DNA of 32,882 bases from Catajapyx aquilonaris (lineage: Eukaryota): NCBI GenBank assembly GCA_000934665.2, contig JYFJ02004632.1:1-32882 (forward strand), in the 5' to 3' direction. The notes beneath the pieces are model-generated. The model was not told where the DNA came from. It ran no database searches and saw nothing but the letters and a program-made list of their open reading frames with translations. Below, piece by piece: positions 32,816-32,882 of this stretch. Position 1 is the stretch's first letter, and every line of letters begins with the position of its first letter. The translations under genes were made by a program, and so were the position numbers.

Positions 32816-32882
32816 GGGGTCGTCCATAAACCACGTGACCGATTTTCGGGCACTTTTTGACCCCCTCCCCCCCTCCCCCCCG
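32816..32882. mobile_element. Left end of a Harbinger-like MITE (runs off the window)
   Basis: GGGGTCGTCCATAAACCACGTG followed by a C-rich tract, similar to the 4506 terminus. Confidence 0.6.

Overview
Eukaryotic (probably arthropod) genomic DNA with one 6-N gap. It holds the last coding exon of a CAF1/Pop2 (CNOT7/8) deadenylase gene (2601-2720, +). It also holds a complete 11-exon cytoplasmic arginyl-tRNA synthetase gene (RARS1; CDS 5934-27848, +; 2037 nt, 678 aa; all introns GT-AG with consistent phases). Introns and flanks are crowded with non-autonomous TEs: five tRNA-derived SINEs plus one SINE head; Tc1/mariner/pogo, Kolobok, piggyBac, Harbinger and CMC-type MITEs; relics of hAT, mariner and pogo transposases; a Pif1/Helitron helicase fragment; and a 5'-truncated LINE. 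Many are long fold-backs, often nested. Four observations stand out. (1) A leaky-scanning layout (weak first AUG, 270 AUG-free nt, strong internal AUG at Met92) predicts long and short ArgRS isoforms as in mammals. (2) A mariner palindrome is made of two 3' halves of an already dead transposase. (3) A long-TIR element family with CTNACAAGGG ends has one copy carrying a DINE/Helentron-type core. (4) A SINE head with tRNA-Arg-like identity elements lies in the ArgRS intron. No new protein-coding system could be supported, and most ORF-track entries are spurious. TE superfamily calls rest on terminal motifs and target-site duplications (TSDs) read by eye, not on database searches.
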